This document shows, piece after piece, positions 25,106-26,869 of a DNA stretch of 26,869 nt; position 1 is the first letter of the stretch, and each line of letters opens with the position of its first letter. The DNA is taken from positions 1-26,869 of IMG/VR virus record IMGVR_UViG_3300032233_001657; one strand, given 5' to 3'. The notes below the pieces were generated by a model. That model saw only the letters and a list, made by a program, of their open reading frames with translations, was not told where the DNA came from and searched no databases. The DNA is from a virus. Its lineage: Duplodnaviria; Caudoviricetes. The translations under genes and the position numbers were made by a program.

Positions 25106-25993
25106 ATGAAAAATTATATACAAAACTCAGAAGAAATGAATTGGCCATGGGTGGAATCCCCATTTTTTAGTGAGTTATTAAAAAATCAAGACTTAACTGA
25201 TGAACAAAAAGACTTGGCCACTAAATTTAACAAGGACGGTTATGTTGTTATTGATTTAGGATTAACTGACGATGAAATTGAACAATGTAAACTTGATGTT
25301 AATTTTTTAAATAATAAGGATGATGCCAATATTCAAAATCCAAGATACCATTACTCACAAGGTAAGAGAATATTTGAGGCTTGGAAAGAATGTGAATCTT
25401 TATTATGGTTGGCAAATCACCCTAAGGTATATGATACATTAAAGATGTTATATAAAAGAGAACCATACCCTTTTCAAACAATAACATTTAATTATGGATC
25501 TAATCAACCATTACATAGTGACACAATACATTTTGATTCAATGCCACAAAGATGGTTATCTGCTGTGTGGGTTGCACTTGAGGATATGACTGAAAATAAC
25601 GGTTCCTTACTATATGTTCCTGGTTCACATAAATTACCCATATTTGATTTTTATGACTTAAAACTTAAATGTGCGGGGTTTGATGACCAATTTGATTCTT
25701 ACGCTGAATATGAAGAATTCATTAGGAAATTAGTTGAGGTTGGTAATTTAAAAACCGAACCATTGATTTGTAAAAAGGGACAAGCTCTTATTTGGTCTGC
25801 TAATTTAATACATGGTGGTGACATAATTAGAGACCCCAATAGTACTCGTTACTCTCAAGTAACCCATTACTATTATGATGATTGTGATGTATATCATTCT
25901 CCGATGTTTTCTGAAAGATGGAAAGGTAAATTCGCACATAAAGATTTAGTATCAAAAAATATTAGAGACCATAAAATAAATAAAAATGATTAA
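25106..25993 (+). CDS. Phytanoyl-CoA dioxygenase (PhyH) family Fe(II)/2-oxoglutarate oxygenase
   Basis: LHSD (HxD), WVALED...NGSL.YVPGSH, LIHGG and TRYS. Confidence 0.88.
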   Translation: MKNYIQNSEEMNWPWVESPFFSELLKNQDLTDEQKDLATKFNKDGYVVIDLGLTDDEIEQCKLDVNFLNNKDDANIQNPRYHYSQGKRIFEAWKECESLLWLANHPKVYDTLKMLYKREPYPFQTITFNYGSNQPLHSDTIHFDSMPQRWLSAVWVALEDMTENNGSLLYVPGSHKLPIFDFYDLKLKCAGFDDQFDSYAEYEEFIRKLVEVGNLKTEPLICKKGQALIWSANLIHGGDIIRDPNSTRYSQVTHYYYDDCDVYHSPMFSERWKGKFAHKDLVSKNIRDHKINKND

Positions 25994-26869
25994 AATAGAT
26001 AATGTTGGTATTATTGGAATTGGTTCATACGTTCCTGAAAAAATATTGACAAATGAAGATATTGATTCATCGGGTATTGGAACTGATTCGTCTTGGACAA
26101 AGGAAAAATTAGGTATTGAGGAAAGAAGAGTTGTTGTGGATGAAAACCCATCAGATTTAGCATATCACGCAGCAATTGCGGCAATTAAAGATGCTGGAAT
26201 TGATAAGGAAGAAATTGATTTAATTATTGTTGCAACCTCAAGTCCAGATAGAATATCACCATCTACGGCCTGTATTATGGCCAAGAGATTAGATGTTAAA
26301 AAACCTGCGTTTGATATAAACGCCGTATGTACTGGATTTGTGTATGGTATTCAACTCGCAACCAATTTAATTAGTACCAAACAATATAAAAAAATATTGT
26401 TAATTGGTGCCGATGCTTATTCTAAAATAACAGATTGGACTAAAAGAGATTGTGTATTCTTTGGGGATGGTGCTGGTGCGATTATATTATCTGAAGTTAA
26501 TGGTGGATGGATTAGTACTGACATATTCGGTGATGCAAATGGTAAGGAAGCCTTTACTTGTCATCATTCAGGTAAGTTTAGAATGGACGGTAAAGCGGTT
26601 TATGAATTTGGTACAAGCACACTACCTAAAACAATTAAGAACTCATTAGATCAATTACAAATACCTAAAGAAGATGTTGCTTGGATAATTCCACATCAAC
26701 CTGGTCATAGAGTTTTATTAAAAACTGCAGAACTTCTTGATTTCCCTTTAGATAAAATGGTTTTTAATATGACAAAGTTTGGTAACACCGCAGGTGCGTC
26801 TATACCAATGGCTTTAGATTCGTTATATAAACAAAACAAAATTAATAGTGGAGATATTTTAGTTCTACC
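25986..26869 (+). CDS. fabH: 3-oxoacyl-ACP synthase III (FabH/KAS III), 3'-truncated
   Basis: Hand-translated: GIGSYVPEKILTN, FDINAVCTGF (Cys), FGDGAGA, PHQP (His) and GNTAGASIP (Asn). Not in the supplied track. Confidence 0.92.
   Translation, partial: MIKIDNVGIIGIGSYVPEKILTNEDIDSSGIGTDSSWTKEKLGIEERRVVVDENPSDLAYHAAIAAIKDAGIDKEEIDLIIVATSSPDRISPSTACIMAKRLDVKKPAFDINAVCTGFVYGIQLATNLISTKQYKKILLIGADAYSKITDWTKRDCVFFGDGAGAIILSEVNGGWISTDIFGDANGKEAFTCHHSGKFRMDGKAVYEFGTSTLPKTIKNSLDQLQIPKEDVAWIIPHQPGHRVLLKTAELLDFPLDKMVFNMTKFGNTAGASIPMALDSLYKQNKINSGDILVL

Noticed and set aside
26452-26649. 65-aa plus-strand ORF from the track
   Set aside because: It is out of frame inside fabH, which the track missed because it has no stop within the window.
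1-26869. Stop-codon reassignment as seen in some large phages
   Set aside because: Conserved genes are full length under the standard code, and TAA, TAG and TGA all end genes at sensible positions.

Overview
This is an AT-rich (about 30% GC by eye), gene-dense window using the standard code, with no rRNA, tRNA or CRISPR visible. It most likely comes from a large (jumbo/huge) tailed phage with a Bacteroidota host. The evidence is many small orphan ORFs, orphan DNA methyltransferases, PcfJ-domain proteins, a T4 gp23-like fragment, A-rich starts without Shine-Dalgarno sites, and TTTG-N19-20-TAnnTT(T/A)G promoters. The left ~16.8 kb is mostly on the minus strand. It holds a three-domain peptidoglycan hydrolase, HAD, HExxH and SGNH-like proteins, an iscU-ferredoxin-iscA Fe-S module, three DNA methyltransferases, two tandem PcfJ-domain paralogues, thyA, a cyclophilin and DUF192. 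One C5 methyltransferase carries a nested 169-aa +1-frame ORF resembling the EcoHK31I alpha/beta arrangement. The right ~10 kb is a plus-strand glycan/acyl-modification cluster: RHH-like regulator, two GT4s, GT2, epimerase, DegT aminotransferase, SAM methyltransferase, GT-A-like protein, PhyH dioxygenase and FabH. A mini-protein carrying a major-capsid-like helix interrupts it. Several small ORFs absent from the supplied track were read by hand. All family assignments come from motif recognition, not database searches.
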